From positions 21,018,001 through 21,082,000 of the forward strand of contig OZ365112.1 in assembly GCA_977030845.1 (NCBI GenBank): 64,000 nt of DNA, given 5' to 3'. The stretch is from Fimbriosthenelais zetlandica (taxonomy: Eukaryota). Under the pieces are notes generated by a model that worked only from the letters and a program-made list of their open reading frames with translations, was not told the DNA's origin and did not search any database. Below are positions 43,401 through 57,155 of the stretch, piece by piece; the first letter of the stretch is position 1, and each line of letters starts with the position of its first letter. Both the position numbers and the translations under genes were made by a program.

Positions 43401-45968
43401 TACAACACTGATTTGATTGATCTCGTTCTAGACGTGTTTCTATAGCACTTTCCAGGCCACAAGGCAGAGCCCCCTCATCTGGAAACCTTTTCAGAGGGTT
43501 TTTATTCTATTGTTTTAAGATAAGTGATCTAAAATTGCACCTATCTACACACAAGGCTATTTTAACATACCGTAAAATTCAGGTCTGCAATGCTTTAAAT
43601 TGTCCATCCTGAGCAAGCCTGACATAGATTTAAATTCTGACCATAATGAAAAGTAAAACTTTCCTTGCCATCCATCTTAAGAGCATCACCTGCTCCGGGG
43701 ACAGGACTCTATTACTGGTGGGCTCATTTTTTGTGCTCACAGTTATTTTAACAATTACCAGGGAGCTGCTGAGGACTGCTGCTTGACTGATCAACATTAA
43801 AGCCAAGTTATCCCCCTGCCCCTTGCCAGACGACCCTCTCTTTTGTTCCCCGAGTTTTGCGCACCATTGTATTTTGTCAAACACTCATTCATCTAATTTA
43901 CTTGCTGGAGCAGCACGCTTTTTGACACAGGGTAAATGCCTCGCGTTTGATTTGCCTTGACTGAGAAGCAGTAGAGTGGGGCGGGAGACTGGATGGAGAG
44001 TGGGAGGCCAAATCGACCCTGTCTGCTATCGTCATTGACCTATAGGACCAGTGATTGTCTTTGAAGTGATGTGTTTTCAGTACGTGGAGTCCCACCATGT
44101 GTTCTCTCCTCCACCTTGCACGTGTTTTCTCAATGCACGCAGCGATGCACGCGCGTGCATGTGCGTCTATTTTCTCGTCATCCATTCTCGACGCGAACGC
44201 GACCGGCAAGAGGTTTGTGGCATGCCGATTGGACGACAAGCATTTAATGACGGGGGAGGATATTCAGGGATCAAGTGACGGGAGTTTGCATCAACAGCAG
44301 AGATTTGCTCACTTTGCCAACTTTGCACGAGGTGCTGAAATATGAACCTCTATAATCATTTACACGTGACATTATCTACAGGCGGCAAGGACTGAGCATA
44401 ACATTAACAGAAAAACCACCAGCAAAAGTCTTAAGCCATTTTTGCATTAAACAAATAGTTTTTGTGCCCCTTTTGCCATTAGAAGTGATTTTGCGATAAG
44501 GGCAGGTCTTTGATATGCCATCATCCTTGCCAACATAAAAGGAGGATCTATACAGAATCTGAGTTTATCTCAGTAACACGGCATAGCTTTTTGGGGAAGT
44601 TTTTGCTCAGATGCCACTAAATAATATAATTAAGTATATATGGTTGATGGAAGCATATAAGTAAAACAGTACTGATATGTTCCCAACGCGAGGGGCAATT
44701 AAGGGGCAGTGATGCAAGTTAACACTTCCCAATATATACCATCATTGGGGTAATTTACCAGAATTCCAAATTCAAAGCACACGGGCCAGTATAGAGAAGA
44801 GAGAAAGTAAAATTCTCATATTCATAACGGGGGCCTTTTTTCATACTGACATGCTGGTTTGACAGACTGTCAGGTTGATTTGTAAGATGACGCCGACCCA
44901 GCATGATTGTCCATCCAGTGAGGAGGCAGCAGAAGAATGTCTATGAATCTCTTGCCATATAAAACAATTCCCTCTTCTATTGACTCCTATCACTGGAGGA
45001 TTTGTGCCTGCATAATAGCCCTGTGTGTATGTGTGCCCTGCCCTCCCCGCCTCCTCTGTCTCCCCCTCCTCCTGGCTACTAATGCTTCTCCCGGGCCTGC
45101 CCGGAGAGGCCTTTTCCCTTTCCTCCTGTCAATATACACATCAATAATGTATTAATACCCGTGCGCCCGCACCTCACGTAATGTTGGCCGTGTTATTACG
45201 GAAAACACCATCTAATGCTCGCTCTCTTATCACCAGCACTTACCCCGCGTGTCCCGGGCTATAGCGAGCGTTCACAGATTCCCCATAGCTCCGTGTTCTC
45301 CACACCTCTTCAGGCGCTCCCAGCTTTAATGGAAAACAACGATTTGTATTCACCATCCCTGCCTGAGCCGCCCACTTTCAGTCTACTTACAACATGGCTT
45401 CACATCAGTATGGCATCATGAGCCCATTGCTTTCCTAGTGGTCTAGGAAGTATATGCGCAGCCTGAACATTTTTGTCGATATAAACTTCAAGTGAGATTG
45501 TTAATTTCCTCCCTATTTATGACTAACCCAGGAGCAAATATCTTGCCTCTTCACTATTATGTTTTATAAACCTGATTTCCATATACTACTCACTCTCGAT
45601 GCTGGTGGCTCTGTGTAAGTAGTATATGGAAGCGGTACATTATGGTAGGCGATTCTATAGTGACTACAAATGGGTTGGTTTGGGGATATATAAGTACATG
45701 CATGAAGGTAAAAAATTGATAATAAAGATTTAATTTAAGAACCATACTGAGGATTAAAAGGACACATTTAGGGCCTTTGTGACGTGGTATCGATAATGAT
45801 ATACATACTCATTCCAGCTGGATTTACCTCTAAATTATTGGAATTTCAGCCTTTTGAAATAAGATTTTAAGGCCGGATCTCCTGGGGTCTCGTATAATGT
45901 GAGTTTGGAGGTGTTTGAAGCCGTCCATTTTGTCAGTTGTTGACGTGGGTGTGAGGATGGCCGTGGAA

Positions 45969-45986
45969 GGCGCCATCTTGCGGCCA
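45969..45986 (-). promoter_or_regulatory. CTCF-like / YY1 overlapping motif
   Basis: Minus-strand TGGCCGCAAGATGGCGCC, close to the CTCF core CCASYAGRKGGCRS and containing the YY1 consensus CAAGATGGCG. Confidence 0.5.
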
Positions 45987-48483
45987 GGTGTGTAAATACC
46001 CCCGGGACTTTCCCACATCTATGACAGACTGGGGCTGTAACCAGGCCTGATTTGGCCAATAACCGCCACTAAAGGTAGAACCCACTCACCAACCATACCC
46101 TGCTTAAATATCACCCAGTGGTTCTCATTTGAAATCCTCATCAAGAATCAGAATCTTGGTAGGTTTTATGGGTTTTAAATCATCAAAATAATGATGGAAT
46201 TGAACAACACTTTTGCATACATTCTCATAGCCAAAAAATTGTTAAAATATATTATTATATGGCTTAAGGATTTACTTTCGTATATTCAAGATATATTCAT
46301 ATATTCTTCACACATCGTTGATGCAGCCTTTCATTTCTCTATGAAATAAGCAATTGATATTTTCTTGCTTGGCAAAGTTCATTGTCGCCACAAGTCTATT
46401 TGCTTGCATTACATCCTGTCTTACTTTCATTTAGATCTTTTCATCTCTCTGCAAGACGAATTGTATGTACTGCAATTGGCGTCGATCCATTTCCACTTAA
46501 TACCTGCCTCTTTCTATCTGGCCTTCTACTTACTCGGTAATGTAATGCACTCGTCATATCAATATCAATTAAACAGACCGCTTCTCCCTCTATACATACA
46601 GATCTCACCACGCGCCTATTCCTTCCTTCCCGGCTCATCTTCTCCATCCTACAACACTGAGATTATGGGGTTGGATGGCGGTGGGGAGGGATGCAGGAGA
46701 AAAACACTTAATTGATTTTTACCTGCATATTAGAGTGCGAGACGCCCACTGCAAGTTTCCTTAAAGATCAACTATGTCAAAAAAGGGGGGACGAAGGGGC
46801 GAAGGGAGGGAGGGAGCTAGAGGGAAAAACTTTAGTTGGACAAATGCACAGTACTTATCCACCGGTTCAATGTCAATACAGCTGTTGAGAGGTAATGGCT
46901 AATGGAAAAGTGGCATGCTTTACTAGCCTCAGCCAAATTACTGTACAGTTAACAGATATAATATTCATTTGTGCCATTCTCTCGATCTCTATGTCTATCG
47001 TATTCCAGTTAAAGGTTTCTTGGTCTTTCTTATAGTGAATGTAAACACATTACTGCAGCTAAACGGAGAAGGAAGGAAGAGAAATAAATTGTCATCTCTC
47101 CCCATTCCGATTCTATATATTTCTGTTTAGTTATTCATTAGATTCAAGAGGAGGTTAAAAATATATATTTTGAATTTCTTGATATCCGTAATGTTTCTAT
47201 GCAGTCATTATAAAAAGTACACGTTTGGAAATGTATAAAGTAAATAGCTTCTCTGGGAAATGCTTATTTTACAAAGACAAACATTGGATCAATTGAACAT
47301 TTCCAAATTTCATGTTCCACTGTAATACATTACAAAAAGCAAAGCTGTGTACAAGTGAACACTAACACGAAGGTTAAGAAGATACTGTGAGAAATTTACA
47401 AATGTTGAAAGAAGTGCAGTCACATGTACCTAACCTCTGAATAGACGATGCTCTTTAACATGCGTCATTGAAATCATTATATGGGGATTTAAATTGAGAC
47501 ATCACATTCACATATTGATTGTGGATGAATTATTGGTACTGGATTGAGGAGGAAAGTACATGAAGATGGAAGGCACATCTCAAGAGACATGAGATAGGAC
47601 CATGAAATTCAGTAAAACGATGTATAGACGATCTCAAAGAGGTTCTTCAAACATATATGGGCAGATATATATCGAATGGGAGGCAGGACTGAACTTAAGT
47701 CTCTGACAATAAATCTTAAATTCTAAACTTTATCCACCCACCTCAGAAATAGCATTTCAATAGAACCCGAATTCAATCATCCAACACACAAAAACTATTT
47801 TGCTTTACAGTGATTATCCATCTTTCATTACACGAGGAAAACCAGAAATTTATTCATATCGGGAGCTGCGACATCTCCAGTTACCCCGCGCGGCCCGCGT
47901 ACTGCATACAAAACCAAGCCAATCTAAACAGAAGAGACTATTAAAGCAGAGGGGCGGCGAGATGCGGGGAATTCCACAGCCGGCTGGTATTTGAAAAATC
48001 CATCATTAGATTATCCATTGACCATTTAGTAGCGCCTGTCTGCTGCCTTTTCTTGTCCCTAACAAACACCGATTACATGTCCGTTCATACACAGGGCCCT
48101 TAATAGCAAGCTCCAGTGCTTGTGGAGCTTACTTGACATTGCCTTTCAGGTCCCGCTCCTCCGAGCGTCAACGCTTGATTAATTCCATTTGGATAAGGAT
48201 CTGGTTGACTGAAAAGAGCACACTATTAGGACAATGCCAATCGACCACAGTGACCCCGGCTTTGTTCCCAGCCACCCGACACCAGTCCTTTATGTACCAT
48301 GGACATTAATTTTTAAAAATTCCATGGGGATTACTTGGGATTTGGGGTTAAGGATACGTTACTTTTGTATTGTTGACAGATCCCTTAAGCTAGCAGAGTA
48401 AAAGAACTGAAGGAACATTGATTTTCCCCCTTGCCTATAATTCACTTGGTGTTAATGATGGGGATGGGGTGTAGGGAGTGTTT

Positions 48484-48506
48484 GGGGGGGGGGGGGGGGG
48501 GGGGGG
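48484..48506. repeat. Poly-G tract (G23); a second G15 tract at 48642-48656
   Basis: Read directly; homopolymer length may be affected by sequencing error. Confidence 0.9.
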
Positions 48507-50795
48507 AGTTTGTGGGGTGGTTAAATAGGGCGTTAGGTGACATGGTGGGAAGATAAAGGGTGGAAGATGCCTGCTGTTATAGTAGGGGCTCCATGTAATG
48601 AGACCTACCCAGGAATGACTGCAGTATGTGGGGATGAGGTCGGGGGGGGGGGGGGGACATAAGGGGTGTATAGGGGATTCTATGATATCATGGTGTTATC
48701 AAATGATATCATATGATTATGTCATTATTTCACAAGCTCAATTTCAGTCTGGGAACTTTCAGACATATGAAATCAGTCATTCTGCTCCTCCATTTGCCTT
48801 CGTCTTAGAAGCAGACAGTCAGGACGTGCAATGAATGAATATGGGTTTTTACCAACATAAATTGTTAATGTTTCAAAGAAGGTTTGTTTTGCATCCATTA
48901 GAAATCATTATCTTTACAATCACCATTGTAATAAGAAGAAAAAAGGGGCTTAAACCCCGTGAAAGATCATAATTATTTTTTCTGTCCACAATAAAGACAT
49001 GATTCGTGCTCAAGGCATGCACGCGTAATAGGGGCCTAGAAGTGGAGAAGGCTGCACGAGGGTTGGTCGGGGCTATAGTTGGCGCTCAGTTGGGGGAAGT
49101 TGGTTGTATTTTGCCCCGCGCCTTGGCAGGTGTCAATATTCCCACCAGGGGGAGTGATGATCTCACACCATTTGGTTATTATAAAACATGCTACTAGGGG
49201 GCGCGATTAAATGTGGGGGCAGTCTTTTATGTGGGTAGAAGGAAAGCTGGATATATTTTGCCTATAGATCTGTGCACATTTCATTTCATTTCGTACAGAG
49301 CAATTGTAGTTAGTTACACCCACTATCACCAAAACCCTATCACTATAAAACATGGATGCTTCATAATTAATTTCGAGCCTTTAAATAATTTGATCATTTG
49401 ATCAAGTCCCAAATCCACTAATCAAGGTACATGTATACGTTTATATAAAGGCGGGCAACTTTCTCTTTGGCAAGTCTTCATACAATGGTGTTTACTTATT
49501 CAAATATCTATTTTTAAATGAATGTAGCTTTCAATAAGGCCTTTTTTGTCTTAAGGAGGGCTTATAGTTGATGGATCAGCAGCCTTAGTTGCCATTGATT
49601 CATGAATTCAGCAATGGAGATAAGATAGCTATTGTTATAGATCAGGTTGTGCTTCTGTCTTGTGCACAAAGGACATAAATCCACAACTGCACTTAAAATT
49701 TGGCCAACTTTTCCAGTATCCAGCAACAATCAGAACATAATTTCTTAAGTGTTCTCTGGAACAATTACATACCTTCATGTGGAAATAATGCCCTCGCTAA
49801 TGCTTTCATAAGATTTTCCAACACTCATTATCTCGGCAAATGGAAAATGTTTTCTTTTTTTGAATATATTTGCCTATGCAATGCTTTCATTCACAGATGC
49901 ACACACAAATGGCCTAACGACGATGGCAGGGTGCCACTCGACAGTGCATCGAGTTAATTGATTGCAGCAAATTCCCATATTCAAGTTCATTTTGAATTGA
50001 GAAAGGCACGCCTTTAAAAAAGAAAGATCCATCTCTCTCTCGCTCTCTGTCTGCCTCACTGTGTTGGAAACAGCAGGCCATTTCAGAGAGCACTTAGCGT
50101 CAGCTTAAGAAAGTGAGAAGCACTTAAGCTTAGGCTTAAGTCTTGATGTGTGAAAACGCGGGCTTCAATTACTGCCACTGCAATCTGTGAATGACTTGCA
50201 TGGAGGGAAGATGGATATGGAACTAATAGGTTTAATTGAATGGTGCTGGCCTTCTCAGGACGAGTCTGCTTCCTTGCCACACGAACCCTCCACTTCGCTA
50301 GGAAAGCACAGGACAAACTTCAATAAGCAACTAAGAATCCTTACTTTCAATATTTTAGCTTTATGAAATGGCAAAGGCTTTGGCGAAGCGGATGAAATAT
50401 CATCCCATTAATTCAAAATTGAAGTCTTCCACGCACGAGTGAAATATTGGTGATTGTCTTACTTAAAACACAAGGGGCGTGGTGTGCATTTAATGTCAGA
50501 TGGAACTGAGTCCCCCGTATAAATACTATAGCCACTAATTGATGGAAAGTTCTGTTTTCAATGGTGATAACGTGCAGGGAATTGCAGAGATTTTATTTTG
50601 AGTGTAGTCGCTCTTAATGCTAGTGAAGGCATTAAAGTTTCAGAATGGGGGAAAATGAGAATTCCTATATGGGATTTTTGTATTATAATGCTTAATTTTA
50701 GATGGTTTAACCCATTCTGAGTGGAATTAAAATCATAATCAGGTAGTTATGGGTATTGTATTACACATACCTACATAGATTTGCTAGGGTTCCAA

Positions 50796-50858
50796 CATCT
50801 GAAAAGCAAAAAGCATCTGAAAAGCAAGCATCTGAAAAGCAAGAATCTGAAAAGAAAG
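50796..50858. repeat. Four-copy ~15-bp minisatellite (CATCTGAAAAGCAAG)
   Basis: Units start at 50796, 50814, 50829 and 50844 (the last is degenerate). Confidence 0.92.
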
Positions 50859-53800
50859 CAAGTAGTTCAAATACTGTACATGTACATACCGATCTTAACA
50901 TCTTAATATTACAGAATGCATGCAGCCAAGTGAAAACGTACTTACCCCCGCCACAATAATCGCTGGAGAAAACACACACAAAAGACAATTAGTATTTATG
51001 TCTGAACGAAGTGGGTATATGACTTTAAAAGTAGTCTAATTTAATTTGATTATACATGAATTTGTGATGATTTTATTCTGAAATTATCAAGCATGTCAAA
51101 GAATAAATGACTGGATCCACTTCGCCTGTTGACAACCAATCGCCCACCCTCCATTTCACTCCACGGATCCACGCCGTGGAAGTAAATCACCATCAAGCGA
51201 CTGTCGCGGGCGCGGATTTTGTCGCAGATGATTTCCTAATTAAATCTTGATGATGAGGACCCCCTCGAGCAGCGGATTTCCTCTAACCACGCCACTCAGC
51301 TGGCCAAACACGGCTTCATTCTCTCAACGCCCCAACACCCGCTTTGTCGCCGACCCATCGCGCGACCCCTCCCCGGTCAACAGACGAAATCATCAGCTAG
51401 GCAAACAGGGCCCTGACAGAAAGAGTTTGAAGCGCTTGAAGAAACAGATTTTAGCCAAAGGCGTGCCCTCGCCTCTCTACCTGTCTTAATAGGATAAGTC
51501 TTCATTTCTGCAGGTTGGATTTAGGTGGCGGGGACCTGAACACTGCCTCAATCCACATGCATGGATTTAAGAAGATGAAGAGAGCGTTCATTATTCTATC
51601 TCTCCAACAGTCGCCTTCTCACACACAATTGTTAGTATTATTAGCTTAGCCAGGAATTCATCCTCTCTCCCACATTTCCATCTTTCTTATAAGGATTGGG
51701 CAATCAAAGAAGATTAAAAGCTGCACGCTAGTGTTACAATCATGATTAAATCTTGTTAATATCAATTCCATCAGCTTGGAACAATGTAAGACACTCGGGG
51801 CGTGGCTTGTTAGCAACGACAAAATTTCAGGCTCAAAAACATACAATTAGAGCTGGGGGAGCGCAGCCAAGTGATTCCCCCTATAAAAAGAGAGGTAGGA
51901 AACAGAGTAGATGCCAATGCACTTGAAAAGGTAATTCGATTCATCAGCCTGCTTAATGTAGCATCGCGGCATAACAGTAAATGATTTTGTTATCCACAAG
52001 TTTTGCTATTAATGAAAAGCGATGGAAGTGCCTTGAGCGTCTCTAACTCAGTGCGATAATCTAATCACGAGTACTTTGAGCGCCTCCCAGTGGCCAATGA
52101 AACGTAAACAGGGAGAGGCGGCATCCATGCAGCATTCTGGCACCATCCAGACGATACTTCTCTCTCTCTGATACCCGGATGGGCAGGGAAAAGATTTTCC
52201 TTCCATCCTTGAGCGGCTTATAGGAGCGACGCCTGCCGGGAACGCCCACAACTTGGTTACAAAAGCACATTAAACGACCCCCACAAACGAGGAAATGTCA
52301 GCGCCACCCCCGAGCAAGCCTGGGCTCTTTTTCCTAAGCATTAAATTCGTCCGTTTCTTTCCCTCCTCTTCCTCATCGCCCTTTCTTTGGACTGTTTTTA
52401 CATTTGCCAGATCTTCTCGTGGGGTGGCGCCCATCCCGCGGGACAAAGTGAAGCTCCTTGACACGTGCACCCCCTCGGAAACAAATGTCAATTACGACAA
52501 GCAGGCAAGTAACCATGATTTCGGATCAAAGGGAGACAAAATGAGATCTGAATGCACTCGTGACGCGGTTGATCCTTGTGTCTTATTCTTCCGACAGAGT
52601 GATCACAAGAAAAATAGGAAAGCTCCCGCGTCAGGTATAGGCCTTTGAGGGCTCACACGCATTAGCTTTCAAGTCCTCTTTCAAACACTTTCAAGAAGCA
52701 TCGCCCCTTTGGTTTAAAGTTACTCGACTTCGACTTTTGCTATTTGCAAAGGCTCAATCAAAAGTGTCGCCCCATCAGGCCCATTGTTACGGTGGGGAAA
52801 GTCCATCTGCTTTCATAAATACAATTGGGGGGCATTTCAATTTGAGAATGTAACCATTAACAGATAAGTGGTCGCTCCCAAGTCATCAATACCCGGTTTC
52901 TGAGTACATTTCTGAAGAAAGTATATCCTCCTCAAAAGATGCTGATCCTCCAAATTGATGGATGCATTGAACTGCCTATTATCTATGTGGGTTATTTTAA
53001 TGTATCTTATGAGTTTAATAAAGGGGAAATTGAAATAAACAAAGGCTTCGATTGCAATAATTATCGTTCAGTCAAAAGAGTCGCAGGAAAAGTAGTAACA
53101 CCATTTGGTCTTGATAATATTTCTAAAAGACGCTGTATGAATTTACAAAAATACATGGGGCTTCCCTATAGTCTGCTACAATCCTTTAAAACGGAAGAGA
53201 TAGCCTAAACATCAGAGCGAGCGACGCCCATTTTCCTATAAAGTCCCATCCAAGTGTAGTATAAACTCTTCCTGCCACTCCTCGCATGCTAAGTGCCGAT
53301 CCTTTATACATCCGCCGACTCTTCTAAACGCATTTTGATGGTGCGCCGAGATGCGCAAAAGACTATGATATCGAGCGGCCTGCCTCACACCCCAAAGTTT
53401 GGGAGGAGATTAATCACAGCCGCAGCTGCAACTTTCACAGACACTGGCCACCGCTGCTATAGGTGTGGGTCAGGCGGGCGGCCAACGCCACAACCAGGGC
53501 CATGGCGACACCGCGATCTCTCGCTGACACGCGACAAATCCCGAGAGGCGCGCCCACCCCATCAGGCAAAGGGAAAGGGAGCGGCAGAGGCAGAGAAAGA
53601 GGAGCCGATGGGCAATTGTCGTATAGGTCGTTCTGATATTTACGGATTCTCCATGCATTGCTCCCACGTATATTGTTGGCGGGTCTTTTCCATGGAGAAT
53701 AAAGCTTTTGTTACAAGTATCATTGTCGTCGTTCCGTTTTCTGGTGCGGGGATGGGAAAGATGAAGATTGCTGCAGATGCGCCAATTTATTTGGCGCTGT

Positions 53801-56800
53801 TTTCCCTCGGCCATAGAGCGCCATTGGAGGTGACGTTTTCGTCAGTATAAACGCTGCTCCAGCCTCCATTTTTCTCATATGCCCATCATTTCACTGTATT
53901 GAGTGCCACAAAGAAGTAATGATAGCACAGAAGCTTTATTCAGGCATGTACAAGGGACATACACCGAGGACAATTAAAGTGGTGGGGCATTCGCTAACCC
54001 TCATCTTCAATGACTGTGCACAAATCATGGTGTTTTCCATTCACGCCAGGCACAGATGAAAAAACTTCTGTGTTTTTCCCACACACTTGTGTAGATGGCA
54101 TATTGTTTTCTCTAATGGGAGACTAATTGAACGATAGCTGTGACAGATGTCACTCTTTGTCTACATGGGTGGGACTTTGGGAATCATGTAACATGCTAAC
54201 GGGGCGCATGCCAATCAAAGTATTCTCCTTCCATTAATTGTCAATAAAGCAACTTTTAAGGATCTTTTAAATCAATAAAAGTAAGTAGACCCCACAGGAG
54301 AAAAGACATTTATAAAAGAGCTTCTCTAGATTTCTTCGAACTCCATGATACTACTAGATCATGGCTCCATAATTTATATCGATAACAACCCCATAATAAT
54401 CATGACTCCATATACATTTTTATCTCTACCAACTCTAAATTACATGTATACATATGTAAAAAAAGAAAAAAAAGAGGAATTATGTTGCTTACCAGCTGGA
54501 CTAATCAACAGAATCATCCAGATAGACATAGACAAGGAAAAGTCAGGGTCCAAGAATATTACCCTGTGGGACCCCTGTCTTGAGTAGTATCCTGTCAGAG
54601 AAATCCATGAGAGGATGGTTGCATTGGAGGATGGCCACCAGGCTAAGCTTGTCAATCAGTGTTTTCGTAATATATGCTCATTTTCGCAACGATTTCATGG
54701 ACCCCTCCATCGGCCACATAATTTATTGAGGCATTTCCACACTAGTTCTTTACGATAGAAAATACTATCCATATAATATATACTTTCCGGTTGTATTGCA
54801 CCAGCCAATACGGCAGACTTTTCTTTGGTTAATGATCTGATATTGGTCCAGGACACCATGCAGTAAAAGGGAGCGATTGCAGTGCCACATGTTGTCTTCA
54901 TAGCGGCTTATTTTGCAACCAACAGCCTTCAGGTTTAATCAGCAGGTGGCAGCCATGTACAGCTTTTCCTGCAGTGTTCCCATGCAATGCTAAAAGATGT
55001 CCATCCTTTTTCATTATATTGAGATCTCATAGAAGTTAAAGCATCACTCTGGCAATGAAAAATCGAAGGACTCAATTGGGTGATCCACATTCTAGGATAA
55101 GGCCCACGAACCCCCTAGAAGACCCCAATGGAAGCCTTGTGAAGTCTCTCCCCATGGAAGCGTCACCCCCGCCCCCCCCCCCCCCACGCCCACCAACCCA
55201 CACCACCGACAGTTCTGACATCTATGGAGTGACAGTGAACCGAGGGCACACTCCCGAGGAATCTACAGATGGCGCCACTTTATCTTAATTTGACAAATTT
55301 TCAGGCAGCTTCTGGATTTTCCTGCTAGGGCATGTATTGTGCATGTTGTACCTCATAAACTTGATATTGTTCTTTTATTGTTCTCCTTTTAACCATGTAA
55401 TTCAAATTCTACAAGGTTGTGGATTTTTAAAATATATGCAAATAAGCCTACTCAAGAGATGTACGAATTAATCGAGTACTTTAAGGTTGTGTCAGCAGGA
55501 ACCCCTATTAACAAAGGTAAAGCAAAACCAGAACATTTCCCCATGCATGGGAAAAAATGTTGGTATACTTGGGGTGGGGTAATACATACGGCCCCAGCTA
55601 CTCAAACAGACGGGGCATATAGAAGCTTAGACAAAACCTTGGCACTGCCTCTTAGTTTTTTCAGCCTGATTAGACAAGCATAATATCCCAGTAAAGGTGG
55701 GCCTGGGCTTTATTTGCTGGGCGCAGAAGGCTGGAGAGCGAGGGGGAAGGTGGTGTAATCTTTCTATGGGTCATTGTGCATTTTTGGCAGGTTTAGAACG
55801 CAGTCATGTTGAGTACTATTGGCGCTGCCGTTTCCTGCCTATACCAGAGAGTTCTTAGACAAGTTTCTCAGTGAAAAAAATATATAAAAATGTGAAAAGA
55901 AAGAAACAGCATTTGGAAATTTCAAATATCGGAGACTCAATAAAATCCATGTTACATGCGACCTTTATTGTGGTGCTGACGTTAGCATAATGTGGTGAGG
56001 GGAGGGTTTTGGCTAGGTCAAACTTTAGTGGGAAGGGCATTGGACGCAGGTGATATCATATCATGTTCAGGCAATAAGATTTTTTATGAATAATAACCGC
56101 ATTAGGAGATGGAGAAGATATAGACATCATAAAAAGAATAATTGCATGAGAAGTAGGTCACATACATGTACTATATATGAATGTTATACAATGCTCGCTT
56201 AAAACTCTAAACTTGAGACAAAGTGCTAACAGATTTACAAGAATAAAACTCAAAAATTAAGTATCACGTAACAGCACTTGAATCCTTTGCACTGTGACGA
56301 ACCAATTGCATGTGTCATGTATCTAAGCCATGACTGCAGTCAGCTAATGAAATGTTTCTGCAGACTAAGATAATATATGAATCCGAATGTATGTATACAT
56401 GTACATCAAACCATCCTCGTAACGTCCTATATAAATTCGTAACCATTCACTGTGAACTCTTTTCAAAGTTGCTGAAGTTTGTTATAATTGTTGCATTGAG
56501 GCAAGTATCCACTTTTGCCTCGTATGGCAAGGACCCAACATTTCTCATACACCAGTCTATAGAGATTTAATCATATGAGTACATAGAGCCTATGTGCCAG
56601 GCTTCATTTCACCTGCATGAAAAATCTACTCGTGAAATTCTCCTCATAAAAGTCCTGTACATCGTGAAAAGTATGATGTGCTCAGGAGTGAAATCCTTGT
56701 TTTCTAAGTAATGGAATTCACATGGGACGTAAGAACTAGGCATTGGCTATTTTATAATTTTAAAACCAAGAATTTTTGCACCCAACTTACTGGATGAAGG

Positions 56801-57122
56801 GTGGAACATTATTTGTACTAGCGGGGTTCGTCAGGCCAAGATGTTTCCAATTCATTCTAGTTGGGGAATGATTCAGTGCAATTTTCTGTGCAAGGTTTTG
56901 CATGTACATGTAGTACTCGAACAGTATACGTACGTGCTATAGATGAACGATAATATTAGAGTCTGGTGGGTCTTTTGATACATTTTCTTCCTTTGAGTGC
57001 AATGATTCTGATTCATTAAGTTGGTTTAATACGCATACAAAGCCCTTTTCATGTTAGCATACAAGGGTGAACATGCTCACAGAAAACTCTAGGCAAAAAG
57101 TTATGTCATGAATATGGACTTC

Positions 57123-57155
57123 ATCTATACGATCCATGGATCTATACGATCCATG
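57123..57155. repeat. 17-bp period tandem duplication ATCTATACGATCCATG
   Basis: Identical 16-mers at 57123 and 57140. Confidence 0.9.

Noticed and set aside
50756-50959. ORF with SEKQ repeats
   Set aside because: Produced by the 15-bp minisatellite; no coding context.
53293-53850. 185-aa + strand ORF with nearby TATAAA-like motifs
   Set aside because: GTG start, no domain-like composition; expected by chance in a GC-rich regulatory block.
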